Assembly: GCA_964248365.1 (NCBI GenBank)
Contig: CAXTYC010000005.1
Span: 1 to 64,000, forward strand
Reading direction: 5' to 3'
Length of the DNA: 64,000 nt
DNA from: an uncultured Chroococcidiopsis sp.
Lineage (GTDB): Bacteria; Cyanobacteriota; Cyanobacteriia; Cyanobacteriales; Chroococcidiopsidaceae
The translations under genes were made by a program, and so were the position numbers. Below the pieces are notes generated by a model that saw only the letters and a list, made by a program, of their open reading frames with translations, was not told the DNA's origin and did not search any database. This document shows positions 30,031 to 40,746 of this stretch, in pieces. The stretch's first letter is position 1. The number at the start of each line of letters is the position of its first letter.

Positions 30031-30960
30031 TCAAGTCACAGCGAAAGCCTTAGCCAGTATGATTGAGATTGGCAATAGGCACAAGACAAGCAATCCGTAG
30101 GGCAAACCTGCAAAACCAGCAGCAACTGTGGCATCTAAAACGATTAGTGACAACACACCAGCCTTTACAGCGATTCGGATTTGCTCTGGAGAAGGTTCGC
30201 GCAAAGCTTTGACAAAAGGCAGCAACACCCGAACAGCAAACAGAGTAATAAAGGGTAATGACTGGAGAACTTGATAATCTTTTAATAGCCCCAGCCCTAA
30301 AAGTCCAGCAATCACTAGGACAATTAGCACTAGGGCTATGACTCCAGTAATACGCTTTGCTCCATGTACTTCACCTCGGCTGAGGGTAGTAATAGCAGCA
30401 ATGTAAACGACGGGAATAAGAGCTAAAAACCAATACTCCCCTAACATTGCAGGTACAACGCTAACGCCTAGTAAAAGGTTGCCTCCCCGACAAATCCCCA
30501 TGTTAAGCGGACCAATAACAGCGTAGTGCTTGCCAAAAGCATCATAAAGTAATGCCGCAACAGCGATACTCGCAGCTAAAATACCGCTCAACCACGAAAC
30601 TTGAGCAGCTGCAACTACACCTACAACTAAAAGCAGGCTTCCCAGTAAAGTTGCTTCTACAAGGGACGCTCTACCACTAGGAATTGGTCGCTCTGGTCGC
30701 TCTTGGGCATCCAATTCGGCATCAAATACATCATTGAATACAACACCACCGCCATATAAACCAGTAGTAGCAAGCAGCAGCCATGCTAGTGGCATCATAC
30801 TGGCAAGGGTTATTTGCCCAAACATTTCTGTGTTTAAAAGCAAAAAACCAGAAGCCGCGAAGCCAACCAAAATATCTGCCCAAGCAGTGACAATATTAGC
30901 TGGTCGCATCATCTGTAGATATGCCAACAAGCGATTGGTACTTAAACTTGCACTATTCAT
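30031..30960 (-). CDS. eboC: UbiA-like prenyltransferase EboC
   Basis: RPAN and NDVFDAELDAQERPERPIPSG motifs with multiple TM helices. Confidence 0.94.
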   Translation of the reverse strand: MNSASLSTNRLLAYLQMMRPANIVTAWADILVGFAASGFLLLNTEMFGQITLASMMPLAWLLLATTGLYGGGVVFNDVFDAELDAQERPERPIPSGRASLVEATLLGSLLLVVGVVAAAQVSWLSGILAASIAVAALLYDAFGKHYAVIGPLNMGICRGGNLLLGVSVVPAMLGEYWFLALIPVVYIAAITTLSRGEVHGAKRITGVIALVLIVLVIAGLLGLGLLKDYQVLQSLPFITLFAVRVLLPFVKALREPSPEQIRIAVKAGVLSLIVLDATVAAGFAGLPYGLLVLCLLPISIILAKAFAVT

Positions 30961-31067
30961 ATCAAATTCGGATTAATCGCTTCATTTATAATGATCTTCT
31001 TTGTCTTTCTTAGCGTCTTAGCGTCTTTGCGTGACACTAATACAGTGCGTCGCAAAACGCACCTCGT

Positions 31068-31976
31068 TCACTCAATCAATACGTAGTCGCGGCTAGACTG
31101 CACAATCGGCTCTTGTCCGCGCAGGACGGAATTACCATTGAATAACTGTCGCTGGTCAATAGAGGGCGGGTTAAGCCAGTCAGATTCTTGCATCTGACCA
31201 CTTTGGCTGTAAGCAGCTAGGGCATTTTTGTAACAAACAGCCTCGACGTGAGATAGGGGAATTCCCCGCTCTAACATCAGTTGGGCAGTTTTAGGTACAG
31301 CGAGAGTGTCGCTAATTCCCCAATCAGCACTACTGTCCACGATGATGCGATCGCACCCATAAGAGCGTACAATTTCTACCATCCTGGCATTCCCCATCTT
31401 TGTATATGGGTAAATCGTAAAAGCTGCCCAAAACCCTCTATCTAGTACTTCCTCGACTGTTTCTTCATTGTTGTGATCTACAATCACGAGGGAAGGATCT
31501 AACCCATGCTCAAGGCAAACATCCATACTTCGGCTAGCGCCTGCCTTTTTATTGCGATGGGGTGTGTGAATCAACACCACCATATCTAGTTCTTTTGCCA
31601 ATTCTAGCTGTTGGCGAAAGAATTTATCTTCGGCTGGGGTTTGGTCGTCGTAGCCAATTTCACCAATGGCGACTACACCCTCTTTGCAAGCAAAAAGAGG
31701 CAACAATTCCATTACAGCTTCAGCCAATGGTTCGTTGTTGGCTTCTTTTGGGTTTAACCCAATTGTGCAGTAATGGCGAATACCAAACTGAGCAGCCCGA
31801 AATCTTTCCCACCCCACTAAGCTACTAAAGTAGTCTTGAAACGAGCCTGCATTGGTACGAAGCTGTCCTAACCAAAAGGCTGGCTCAATCACAGCTACAA
31901 TACCTGATTCTCGCATCACCAGGTAATCATAGGTTGTGCGAGCAGTCATATGAATGTGAGGATCAATAAACATCAT
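31068..31976 (-). CDS. eboB: TatD-family hydrolase EboB
   Basis: DPHIH, GEIGYD, IHTPH and DSSADWG motifs. Confidence 0.94.
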   Translation of the reverse strand: MMFIDPHIHMTARTTYDYLVMRESGIVAVIEPAFWLGQLRTNAGSFQDYFSSLVGWERFRAAQFGIRHYCTIGLNPKEANNEPLAEAVMELLPLFACKEGVVAIGEIGYDDQTPAEDKFFRQQLELAKELDMVVLIHTPHRNKKAGASRSMDVCLEHGLDPSLVIVDHNNEETVEEVLDRGFWAAFTIYPYTKMGNARMVEIVRSYGCDRIIVDSSADWGISDTLAVPKTAQLMLERGIPLSHVEAVCYKNALAAYSQSGQMQESDWLNPPSIDQRQLFNGNSVLRGQEPIVQSSRDYVLIE

Positions 31977-32065
31977 AGTAATTAGTAATTGTTAATTGGT
32001 AATTGGTAATTGGTAATTGGGGAAAAGGGTAAAGGTAATTGTCCCCTTGTCCCCTTGTCCTCCCC

Positions 32066-32968
32066 CTAGCCCCTAGCCCCTAGCCCCTCGCTTAAGCTGT
32101 TCCAAGTCAGGAGTCCTGATTGGATGGAGGCTTGTAAGTTTGGGTAACGGGCGAGGAGAGTTTGAGCTTGCGGTAAGGGACACTCGGCACAAGCAAGGGC
32201 GGCGGCGGCTTGCCCTTTTGGATCGCTTTGCGCGATCGCTTGCTCTAAATCGGATATTATGGTACAATCTGCAAACTTTCCCACCAATCGCCAAAGTAGG
32301 GGAGATACTGTGCGAGAAGCGCGAAAGCGTTCATGGGCATAGTCAATTGCCATTTTAGTTAGTTCGGGATTAGTGCGATCGTCCAATCCCTGAATTAAAT
32401 GCAGAGGACTACCCACAAACAGAGCTTTTAATACCATTTGGTTCCAAGCAAGATTGTCAAAATACTCTGCTGGATATGGATTTCGTAAAGCCACAGCGTT
32501 GAAAACTGCTGTCATATTGCTGCGAACTCCTTCCGCAGCACGTACTTTAAGCCGTTCTGGATAAGGTAAAAGGGGAAGGGCTTGATAAAGTGCTACTCCT
32601 TCTCCTACATCAGCGGTGGTAAATACTTGCTCCAAAGTTTGCAAATATTTCTCTGCATTATCTTGGGGTAGAGCCAGTACTAGTATTGTACGAGCGACTT
32701 GATCCACGCTCCAATGAGCAGGAAACCAGCCTTTGCGCATTGTCGAGGCTGCTTGTAAGTCTTCTTGTGTTAGCTCCAGGTCTTTTTTTCCTACATAGCG
32801 AGGTACTGCGCTAAAAGCAGTGAAAAATACTCTTGCACTTGCTCCCTGGCTAATTTGCCAGCTTTTTTCATCGAGCCAAGTCAGACCTTCTTTGGTAATA
32901 TGCTGTCCCAGCCAGCGACGCATTAAGTCACTTACACTTGTTTGGTTTAAATAAGTTGCAGAAGACAT
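32066..32968 (-). CDS. eboA: EboA family protein
   Basis: EGVRSNM..NPYP..WNQMVLKALF motif; first gene of the ebo block. Confidence 0.92.
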   Translation of the reverse strand: MSSATYLNQTSVSDLMRRWLGQHITKEGLTWLDEKSWQISQGASARVFFTAFSAVPRYVGKKDLELTQEDLQAASTMRKGWFPAHWSVDQVARTILVLALPQDNAEKYLQTLEQVFTTADVGEGVALYQALPLLPYPERLKVRAAEGVRSNMTAVFNAVALRNPYPAEYFDNLAWNQMVLKALFVGSPLHLIQGLDDRTNPELTKMAIDYAHERFRASRTVSPLLWRLVGKFADCTIISDLEQAIAQSDPKGQAAAALACAECPLPQAQTLLARYPNLQASIQSGLLTWNSLSEGLGARG

Positions 32969-33057
32969 AAATCTTATTACTTATAGGAGAGTTGCTTTAT
33001 TTCCTTTTACGCTTGCTTATGAATGTTTTAATTTGCTTTAACCCACTTGTGCTATTA

Positions 33058-33079
33058 GCCCAGAAATTAATTTCTGGGC
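33058..33079. repeat. 22-bp perfect palindrome between scyF and eboA
   Basis: GCCCAGAAATTAATTTCTGGGC. Confidence 0.7.
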
Positions 33080-33176
33080 GGGGTATCAGTCTAATAAAAC
33101 AGCCAGGTTCTTGAAAGGTTACTTTTGAAAGAGCAATCCCTTCTCCAAACAAGAGCTTTGAAGGTTCAACTAGCCT

Positions 33177-34373
33177 CTAGCTGGCTGAATTGAAGCTTTG
33201 CTTTTGCTGCAAATATTTCTTCAATCTGACAGCACCAGCTCCAATTCCCAGGACGGTTAATCCTAGTAATGTGCTTGGTTCAGGAACTTCGGTACTACCT
33301 TTATCGCCTTCCTTATAGTTGACATCTAACACTTGGACACGACCTTGGAAGAAATCGTTCACATAGTACTTGTCACCTTGTATGGCTGCACCTGACGTCC
33401 AGTTAAATCTACCTGGTGTGAGGTCGAGGGGATCACCATAGGGAGAGGGTGCGCCCAACGCTACAGGTGGTACGACATTGCCATTTGCATCGCGGGCAGG
33501 TTCGCCAAATGCAGTCAGGAATTTTCCGTCTTTATCGAATACTTGGACGCGGCTATTGATCGAATCGGTCACGAAGATATTATCTTTGCTGTCCACTTTC
33601 ACATCAATTGGCTGATTAAACTGCCCAGATCCGGTTCCTTGTTCGCCAATAATCTTAATCGGTTCTCCTTGTGGATTAAGTACCTGAAGGCGGTTATTGA
33701 GCTGGTCGGCGACAACGATATTGCCATCAGAGGTTATCCCTATGCCTGATGGTCCTTGAAATTGTCCAGGTGCACTACCCGTAGTGCCGCCAATAGTACC
33801 AACTATGTCGCCATTTGAATTAAATTTCAGGATGCGATCGCCAGTATAATCACCAACATAGCCAACGCCATCTTTGTCAAATGTAATTTGTGATGGTCCA
33901 AAGAAAGGTCTACCTTCAATCAGACCGCCAAATTGACCTTGAGCAATCGATTTGATATAGTTACCGTCGCCATCGAATACATTGACGCGGTTGTTGAAAA
34001 CATCACCCGCATACAGATTGCCAGTACCAGGCTCGAAGGCGAGCGCTGCTGGCTCGTCGAACTGTCCAGGTCCGCTGCCCGTACCGCCAATTCCTTTGAT
34101 ATAGTTACCTTGAGAATCGAAGACCTCAACGCGATCGACTCCGCGAGCGTTAGCTACGAAGACATCCCCAGTTGATTCCTGCACGGCTACGCCTTGGGGA
34201 ACGGCAAGCGTGCCAGGAGCGCCTGGAAACTCGCCTTGGGCTAGGTTAGCAGGTCTACCAATCTGACTGTCATATTGTAAAGTTACCGACTGCGCAAAGG
34301 CTTGCGCTCCTCCTGCTAATACCACACATCCGGCACTAGCAACAGCAATTGATACATTTTTTACTAATTTCAC
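33177..34373 (-). CDS. scyF: Scytonemin biosynthesis protein ScyF (NHL repeats, PEP-CTERM)
   Basis: Signal peptide, repeated G.G.GQF..P..D..N.RVQVFD NHL units, and C-terminal VPEP + TM + basic tail. Confidence 0.9.
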   Translation of the reverse strand: MKLVKNVSIAVASAGCVVLAGGAQAFAQSVTLQYDSQIGRPANLAQGEFPGAPGTLAVPQGVAVQESTGDVFVANARGVDRVEVFDSQGNYIKGIGGTGSGPGQFDEPAALAFEPGTGNLYAGDVFNNRVNVFDGDGNYIKSIAQGQFGGLIEGRPFFGPSQITFDKDGVGYVGDYTGDRILKFNSNGDIVGTIGGTTGSAPGQFQGPSGIGITSDGNIVVADQLNNRLQVLNPQGEPIKIIGEQGTGSGQFNQPIDVKVDSKDNIFVTDSINSRVQVFDKDGKFLTAFGEPARDANGNVVPPVALGAPSPYGDPLDLTPGRFNWTSGAAIQGDKYYVNDFFQGRVQVLDVNYKEGDKGSTEVPEPSTLLGLTVLGIGAGAVRLKKYLQQKQSFNSAS

Positions 34374-34761
34374 GAGGTTTCACTCCTAGTTTTGAACCAA
34401 ATAATCGTTGGTTTCGCGTAGTGCGATTGTATTTACAAGCACACCGTCTTTTAAATTATCACTGAGTAGATGACTTCCCTGTATAAGTACTTATCAGAAA
34501 ACTGCCAGAATTTCTATGTCTGAAATTTCGATCTATTGTGGGCGATCGCTCTATTTGGAACAAAGGCATCACTTTAGTACTCAGATAAGTCTGGGATCAG
34601 AAACTTGCCTCACCTAACAAATCGTCAGTAATTGCACTCTTTCTGTCCCAGACTGTATTGTGCGATCAACTGTAGTGTTTGCTACACTTATCCCGAATAA
34701 CAAGAGCCTCTACAGTTGAAAATTAGATCTCTATTGAGCCTGCTTTCGTCTCAACTTTGTT

Positions 34762-36222
34762 CTAATCATCCAAGCCATTAGCAAATTTGACTCGATCAAG
34801 TAGCTGCTGACGCTTGCGCTTCAACATTGCGCCACCGCCTATAGCACCAAGAGCTAACACTCCTAGCATAGAAGTAGGTTCGGGGACTTCTTCTGTTTTA
34901 CCTTGATTACCGTAGCCATCCACGCCATCAACTCGAACTACTTCCCCATTTCCAGGACCAACGCCCTTGTTTACCAGGTAGATCTCATTGTTAGGACCAA
35001 CTGCGATCCCAGTACCAGACCGTAGCCCGTCAACTTCAGAAACTAAAGTTGTCCTCGTACCATCTGGAGCTACTCGAATTAAAGAACCTGGTAGATTTGC
35101 TTCGTCTGCACCCTTCCACTGTGACTGGTCAGCGAATTGTAAGACTAGCAAATTGCCGTTCTTATCAAACTTGATGTCTGTAGTTTGCGTAAACCCATCA
35201 GCGTAGAGTTGTGGCTTACCATCATCTCCTATGCGCCAAATGCGGGCTTTACCTTCGGGAAAAGGAAAACCTGAATATTCGCTAACATATACAGCGCCAT
35301 CGGGACCAACTGCGATACCTGTGGGTACTGATTGAAGAGTCGCCTGATTTGCACTAGGGGCAGGGGGCGTAGTTGCTCCTTGCTGACCAGCAGGCGGTAG
35401 TGCTTCTCCGCTCGACCCTGTTCCTGTCGTAGGTACGGCAGAACCGGGCGCAGGAGGTGGATACACTGGGTTGTCTACGGTTCGTGTAGGAATTACAATT
35501 GGTGTGAGGTTACTGCCATCGAGATTCGTCTTCCATACAACGTTCGCACCTCCATCAGCGATATAAAGATTATCACCCTTAATTGCCAGACCATAAGGGT
35601 TGCTAATTACGTCGCCTTTGTCAGGATTAGTCGTCAGCTCAGCTTTCGCCAAGTCAGCAATAGCTGTGTATTGACCTGTGCTTACATCGATTTTGTATAA
35701 TTTGCCCAAGTCAGGAGCATTAATTACTTGATCCGCTGGGAGTGGTGGAGCAATTTGCGCTTGCTGCGGTGGGAATTGGACATTTGCAGAAAGGGCATTT
35801 AGCTCTGAATCTCGGTTTGCTGGATTACCAGCCCACCCTGAAATAAAGTAACCATTGCCTTGATCGTCAAATTTGACATCTTGAGGACCTGCTCCCTCAT
35901 ACCCAGAAGGCTGTAATGCTAGAGACTCAAAATTGCTGATTACATTGCTAGTCTCACCAGTTTCTGGGTTAATTTTGGCGATCGCACCAGTATTACCTTC
36001 ACAGATCTGGGCATACGCTACGCTAGGCGATGGCTGACATTTGCCATCTCCCCCACGACCTGTCTCTCCTAGGTAGAGATCACCGTCAGGACCATAGGTT
36101 AGACCGCGTGCATTATCAAATCCTTCGGCAATTGTTGTTAAACTGGCAGCGTGAGCAGCTGGCATTCCTGCCAAGGCAATACATGAACTTAAAAGCGTAA
36201 GAGTTAACAGCCTAGTCTTCAT
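34762..36222 (-). CDS. scyE: ScyD/ScyE family periplasmic protein with PEP-CTERM (single copy, probably ScyE)
   Basis: Signal peptide, SNPY, QSVPTGIAVGPDGA and GFPFPEG motifs, VPEP tail, and position between scyC and scyF. The D-versus-E assignment is inferred. Confidence 0.75.
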   Translation of the reverse strand: MKTRLLTLTLLSSCIALAGMPAAHAASLTTIAEGFDNARGLTYGPDGDLYLGETGRGGDGKCQPSPSVAYAQICEGNTGAIAKINPETGETSNVISNFESLALQPSGYEGAGPQDVKFDDQGNGYFISGWAGNPANRDSELNALSANVQFPPQQAQIAPPLPADQVINAPDLGKLYKIDVSTGQYTAIADLAKAELTTNPDKGDVISNPYGLAIKGDNLYIADGGANVVWKTNLDGSNLTPIVIPTRTVDNPVYPPPAPGSAVPTTGTGSSGEALPPAGQQGATTPPAPSANQATLQSVPTGIAVGPDGAVYVSEYSGFPFPEGKARIWRIGDDGKPQLYADGFTQTTDIKFDKNGNLLVLQFADQSQWKGADEANLPGSLIRVAPDGTRTTLVSEVDGLRSGTGIAVGPNNEIYLVNKGVGPGNGEVVRVDGVDGYGNQGKTEEVPEPTSMLGVLALGAIGGGAMLKRKRQQLLDRVKFANGLDD

Positions 36223-36338
36223 ATTTTCGAGAGTGGTCGTTTAATAGTTGTTAGTTGTAGATACTACTTGATGATTGTTACAGAAAGAATATTGATTACT
36301 GGACATCAGGCATCAAAGATGCACTACGAGTGGCGGGA

Positions 36339-37283
36339 TTATGAAGGCATATAGCTCATTCCACGCGCAAACGTTTCTAGATTACCAGCCTTTGCCTCCA
36401 GAAAACGTTTGATGTTCATGCTTTCTGCACCAAAGTCCTCGAGTTGTAGCTTACCTCTGCGGGGAGTTTTGCCTACTTCCCAGAAGGTGAGTCGGTGCTG
36501 AATGCAACCAGGAGCAGACGGATCGCCGAAAGCATAGGAGGTGGGAATTAGAATCGTGGGGCAGCGCTGAATATAATTTTCATCAGGATAGTAGAAATCC
36601 TGTTCAATTAGGTAATAATTCTTCAGATCGTGGGTTCTGAATGTAACTTTTACCTTCTGGTTATATTCATCGAGAAATTCACCAGAGCTAGGAGCAATTT
36701 CGCCCTGAGATCGCAGTAGATGCGCCCATTGAGTCATGTTACGCAAATCTCCTAGGTAGGCGATCCCTTCTTCAAGGGGAGCATCGATATAGATTGTATC
36801 TACATCAATTCTGTAACGTCCCTGTGCCGCTTCTGTACATCCTGAAGAGCGTTCCAAAATCGCTTTGAGAGATCGACACTCAGAAGTATGTACTGTGTGA
36901 ATTCCCTCCATGATCATTGGATTGCGCCGCTTTGGATCTACAAAGCTCAACCAGTGGAAGTATACTCCCTTTTCGTCTGTGCCAGGCTCAATATATTCTG
37001 GAGGAAATAGAAAGACTGGGTAAACCTGGAAGTACTTTTGGTACTCAAGCCCACAGTGCCATTCTATACCAAAAAAGTCAGAATTTTCAATCTTTCTTAC
37101 GTGATAATACAGATCTGCATGATAGCCCGAAGCTGTACCACGCCAGGTATTCTCGTCGATCTGCTCTTTCATCCGACTGAAAAGAGTCCAATCGTCTAAG
37201 TTCTTTAAACTACACAGGTAGTCGAAAGCCGTTTGGGGAGAAGTTGCTATATAAGCAGAGGTAGCAAACGTATTTTTTTCCAT
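36339..37283 (-). CDS. scyC: Scytonemin cyclase/decarboxylase ScyC
   Basis: NTFATSAYIATSP..AF.YLCSLKNL N-terminus; lies directly after scyB. Confidence 0.92.
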   Translation of the reverse strand: MEKNTFATSAYIATSPQTAFDYLCSLKNLDDWTLFSRMKEQIDENTWRGTASGYHADLYYHVRKIENSDFFGIEWHCGLEYQKYFQVYPVFLFPPEYIEPGTDEKGVYFHWLSFVDPKRRNPMIMEGIHTVHTSECRSLKAILERSSGCTEAAQGRYRIDVDTIYIDAPLEEGIAYLGDLRNMTQWAHLLRSQGEIAPSSGEFLDEYNQKVKVTFRTHDLKNYYLIEQDFYYPDENYIQRCPTILIPTSYAFGDPSAPGCIQHRLTFWEVGKTPRRGKLQLEDFGAESMNIKRFLEAKAGNLETFARGMSYMPS

Positions 37284-37303
37284 TGGTAACTCCTTTAAGG
37301 CAA

Positions 37304-38356
37304 CTAAGCCGCAACCTTGATTTTTTTGGCTCTCATAATCCGCTCTTCAGCCAAACGCTTAGAAGCCTCTTGCGTAGTTATTCCCTCGTGTTTAGCCTTG
37401 CTAAAAATTTCCAAGAGAGTGTCATAGATGTTATTAACTTGTTCTAAAGACTCGGCATCATCTAGATCAATCAGTTCACTGTAAACATTAATTAAGCCTC
37501 CTGCATTTATGACATAATCTGGGCAATAGAGGATGCCTTTTGCTTCAAGCATCTTGCTATGCATTTGCTCATCTTGCAACTGATTGTTAGCACAGCCTGC
37601 AATAATAGAAGCTTTAATAGAAGGAATTGTCAAACTGTTAAGAATTGCTCCTAAAGCACAAGGAGCAAAAACATCAACATCAAGCGAGTAAATTTCCTCT
37701 GGTTCTACTACTGTTGCGCCGTAGAGTTGTTTAATCTCCTCTGCCTTCTTCCTATCTACATCAGTTACAAAAAGTTCTACACCTTGCTTATGCAGGTAAT
37801 CACAAAGGTTTTTGCCTACATTACCAGCTCCTTGAACTGCAACTCGAAGTCCACTCAGTTCTTGTTTTTTGAGTTGAAATTCGCTGGCAGCTTTGATGCC
37901 TAAATACACGCCTAAAGCTGTTGCTGGGGCAGGTCCTCCAGCTTTTTCTGTTACACCCACAACATATTTCGTTTCACGCCCCATCGTCCTTACGTCTTCA
38001 GGGCAGATATTCATATCTTGACCTGTAACAAAACGTCCTTTGAGGCTATCAACAAAACGCCCGTATGCTCTGAGCATTTCATCTGTTTTGTGTTCAGGAT
38101 TAGCAATAATTACTGCTTTTCCACCACCTACAGGAATGTTCGCACAGGCAGCTTTGTAGGTCATACCGCGACTCAGACGCAGCACGTCTTGCAAAGCATC
38201 TTCCTCGCTGGCATAAGGAAACAGACGAGTAGCGCCCATAGCTCGACCAGGGCTGGTATCATGTAATGCGATAATTGCCTTAAAATTTAAATCTTTGTCA
38301 TGGCAAAACAGAACTTGTTCATGACCCATTTCTCTAACAGTCTCAAACAGCTTCAC
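37304..38356 (-). CDS. scyB: Tryptophan dehydrogenase ScyB (Glu/Leu/Phe/Val dehydrogenase family)
   Basis: LRLSRGMTYK, GGGKAVI, QGAGNVG and PDYVINAGG motifs. GTG start at 38356 lies 6 nt after GAGGAG (alternative ATG at 38374). Confidence 0.93.
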   Translation of the reverse strand: MKLFETVREMGHEQVLFCHDKDLNFKAIIALHDTSPGRAMGATRLFPYASEEDALQDVLRLSRGMTYKAACANIPVGGGKAVIIANPEHKTDEMLRAYGRFVDSLKGRFVTGQDMNICPEDVRTMGRETKYVVGVTEKAGGPAPATALGVYLGIKAASEFQLKKQELSGLRVAVQGAGNVGKNLCDYLHKQGVELFVTDVDRKKAEEIKQLYGATVVEPEEIYSLDVDVFAPCALGAILNSLTIPSIKASIIAGCANNQLQDEQMHSKMLEAKGILYCPDYVINAGGLINVYSELIDLDDAESLEQVNNIYDTLLEIFSKAKHEGITTQEASKRLAEERIMRAKKIKVAA

Positions 38357-38501
38357 ACATATCTCCTCATACATAGGGATTAGGGATTAGCGATTAGCTA
38401 TTAGCACAGATTAACTTGTTAGTATTAAGAGTTTATAGCTCAAATGCAATAACTCGAAAAACCAAAAGCTAATAGCTAACAGCTAACAGCTAATAGCTTT
38501 G

Positions 38502-40403
38502 TTAAACCATTGGGAATGAAATCTGTTCCTTCTTAGCTGAAGAATTTGATTTCACTCCTTGTGCTTGCAAGCTCTTATTTCGTCCGCCAGAGGGTGCAAT
38601 CCGAGTATGATCGATGATTACGTCAACCACAAACGGGGTAGGAGATGCGAGCGCACTCTCTAAGGCTGACGAAATCTCCGACTCTTTTTCGACGCGGATA
38701 CCGTCGGCTCCCATACTCCGAGCCAGCATGACAAAATCAGTTTCTGGCATCTGAGCATCTGCACCCTGAAGCCCCAGCATCTTCATGCCTTGTTCGCACA
38801 TATTGTATCGGGAGTCGTTCAGGATAATCCAGACAGCCTTCGTGTTGTACTTCACCGCTGTGCTGACTTCCCCGCTGTTCATCAGCATTGATCCGTCCCC
38901 AGTAATCGCAACGGCTTTGCCGTTCCGTGCTTGGGCTGCTCCCACAACTCCGGCGACCATGTGACCCATCGAGCCTACACCAGTGCTGACTCGGTAACGA
39001 TTCGTTTTGTCAATGCGTAGAAAATGAGTTGCCCAAGTAAACGAGTTACCAGACTCAGCCATAATCACTGCATCGCTACCTTCGACGAATACGCGCTGAA
39101 TAGCCTCCATCACCACTTCAGGACGCACCATTTCGGTCGTAGCTGGACTAATTGCTTCTTGTTCTGGACGAGGCAGTTTTACACTTGAGGGACTCTTTTG
39201 AGGTAGACGCTTGAGCAGCGCCCGCAAAAATGCTCCTACATCAGAGTGAATGGGCAAGGTTTCAACAGATGAATACGCAACTCCTGGCACTTCGGGATCA
39301 ATGTCAACGTGTATGAATCCTCTTAAAGGAACCATCGTCGGATTCCAGAACGAAGTTGGTTCACCTAAGCGAGTTCCCAGTACCAAAGTCCGTAAAGGCG
39401 GTTGCTCCTGCATATATTTGATTACCGAAGCGTGTCCGCCCAAGCCTGTCACGCCGACAAATTGAGGATGGTCTTCGCTTAAAATTCCTTTACCACGCGG
39501 CGAACACATTACAGCGGCTCCGGTTCTCTCTGCTAAAGCGCGAATCTCTTCTGCCGCACCTCTAGCACCAAAGCCAACCCAGATTGCAAACGGTCCTTCA
39601 GATAGCAGATCTACGCATTGCTCGATTGTTTCCTCACTTGGAGTCGTTAGAGAATGAGACAGATCTGGGGGAGACATTGGTGTAATCAGACAACTTGTTT
39701 GTACTCCTGTAGGAATACTCAAGTGAGCAACAAAGCCGCCAGGTTGTGACAAGCCCAGAGCAAGTCGGCGAGAAATTTGTGGGAGTTGCTCAGCCGACTC
39801 GACCGTAGTGGCAAAATTGAACAGCGCTCCAGAGGTAAAGATCCCTGAGCTTGGCAATGTGTATCCGCTGGTTTCCTGAATCGCCCACCGTCCGCGTTGG
39901 GGTGCTGAGGTGCAAGCAGATATTAAAATCACTTTTGCACCCTCACCGCGTCCGGCAAATAATCCGGTTAGTGCGTTGGTCAGTCCGGGACCTGCTGTTG
40001 TAAATGCCACAACAGGGCGATCGCTTGCGAAATATGCTTCAACAGCTGCAAAAGCTGCTCCCCCTTCGTGGCGGCAATGAATCACTTCAATACTACTATT
40101 AGACATCGCTCCCCAAAGCGTTGCCATTGCTCCTCCAGAGACACCAAAGGCTTGGCTGATGCCTAGATCTACTAGCATCTGGGCGATCGCTTCTGAAACC
40201 GATGGTAATGTGGCTGGCTCGTCGTCTGGAAAAGGAACAATATTCTCGTCGTTTGCTCGGTCTTCTACGTCGTTATCTGTTTCATTGAACCTTTTGTAAT
40301 CGTAAGTAGGATCAATTGACGGCGTAGATTCTACGTAGGTACTTGAGTCAAAGTGAGAGTCAGTGACGATGGGCGTTGTTGATTGGGTATAGTTTTCAGT
40401 CAT
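38502..40403 (-). CDS. scyA: ThDP-dependent acyloin synthase ScyA
   Basis: CRHEGGAAF, TTAGPG.TN and GDGS..NDS ThDP motifs; heads the cluster. Confidence 0.94.
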   Translation of the reverse strand: MTENYTQSTTPIVTDSHFDSSTYVESTPSIDPTYDYKRFNETDNDVEDRANDENIVPFPDDEPATLPSVSEAIAQMLVDLGISQAFGVSGGAMATLWGAMSNSSIEVIHCRHEGGAAFAAVEAYFASDRPVVAFTTAGPGLTNALTGLFAGRGEGAKVILISACTSAPQRGRWAIQETSGYTLPSSGIFTSGALFNFATTVESAEQLPQISRRLALGLSQPGGFVAHLSIPTGVQTSCLITPMSPPDLSHSLTTPSEETIEQCVDLLSEGPFAIWVGFGARGAAEEIRALAERTGAAVMCSPRGKGILSEDHPQFVGVTGLGGHASVIKYMQEQPPLRTLVLGTRLGEPTSFWNPTMVPLRGFIHVDIDPEVPGVAYSSVETLPIHSDVGAFLRALLKRLPQKSPSSVKLPRPEQEAISPATTEMVRPEVVMEAIQRVFVEGSDAVIMAESGNSFTWATHFLRIDKTNRYRVSTGVGSMGHMVAGVVGAAQARNGKAVAITGDGSMLMNSGEVSTAVKYNTKAVWIILNDSRYNMCEQGMKMLGLQGADAQMPETDFVMLARSMGADGIRVEKESEISSALESALASPTPFVVDVIIDHTRIAPSGGRNKSLQAQGVKSNSSAKKEQISFPMV

Positions 40404-40746
40404 TGCCTTGCGGTAATTATAAGAAGTTCAACGAGTAGCTAGTGCCTATTTGAAGCCTCGAAGCGTTATTACACTCTATGAGGATTTGTAATTTCTAAAA
40501 TCTGTTGAAGTTTCTGATCTGGCTCGACTGGCGGTAAGGATCTCATTGCAAAGGTGTTGCCTAGGTAATCCCTAAGTTGGAGCGAGTATTGAGTTGTCCT
40601 TGATAAAAGCTATTAGCTATTAGCTGTTAGCTTTTTGTACGAGTGTCCTTTGAAGAATCACTAATAACCAATGAATAATCACTCAAAGGCGAATGACTCT
40701 TGACCGCTCTGGGCGTTGCTAGTAGACTCAGCAACGCTGAACAGTA

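Noticed and set aside
34495..34555. Possible fifth copy of the shared motif upstream of scyF (TTTCGATCT)
   Set aside because: Only one half-site matches and there is no TAnnnT box at the 22-23-nt spacing. It is too weak without a PWM score.
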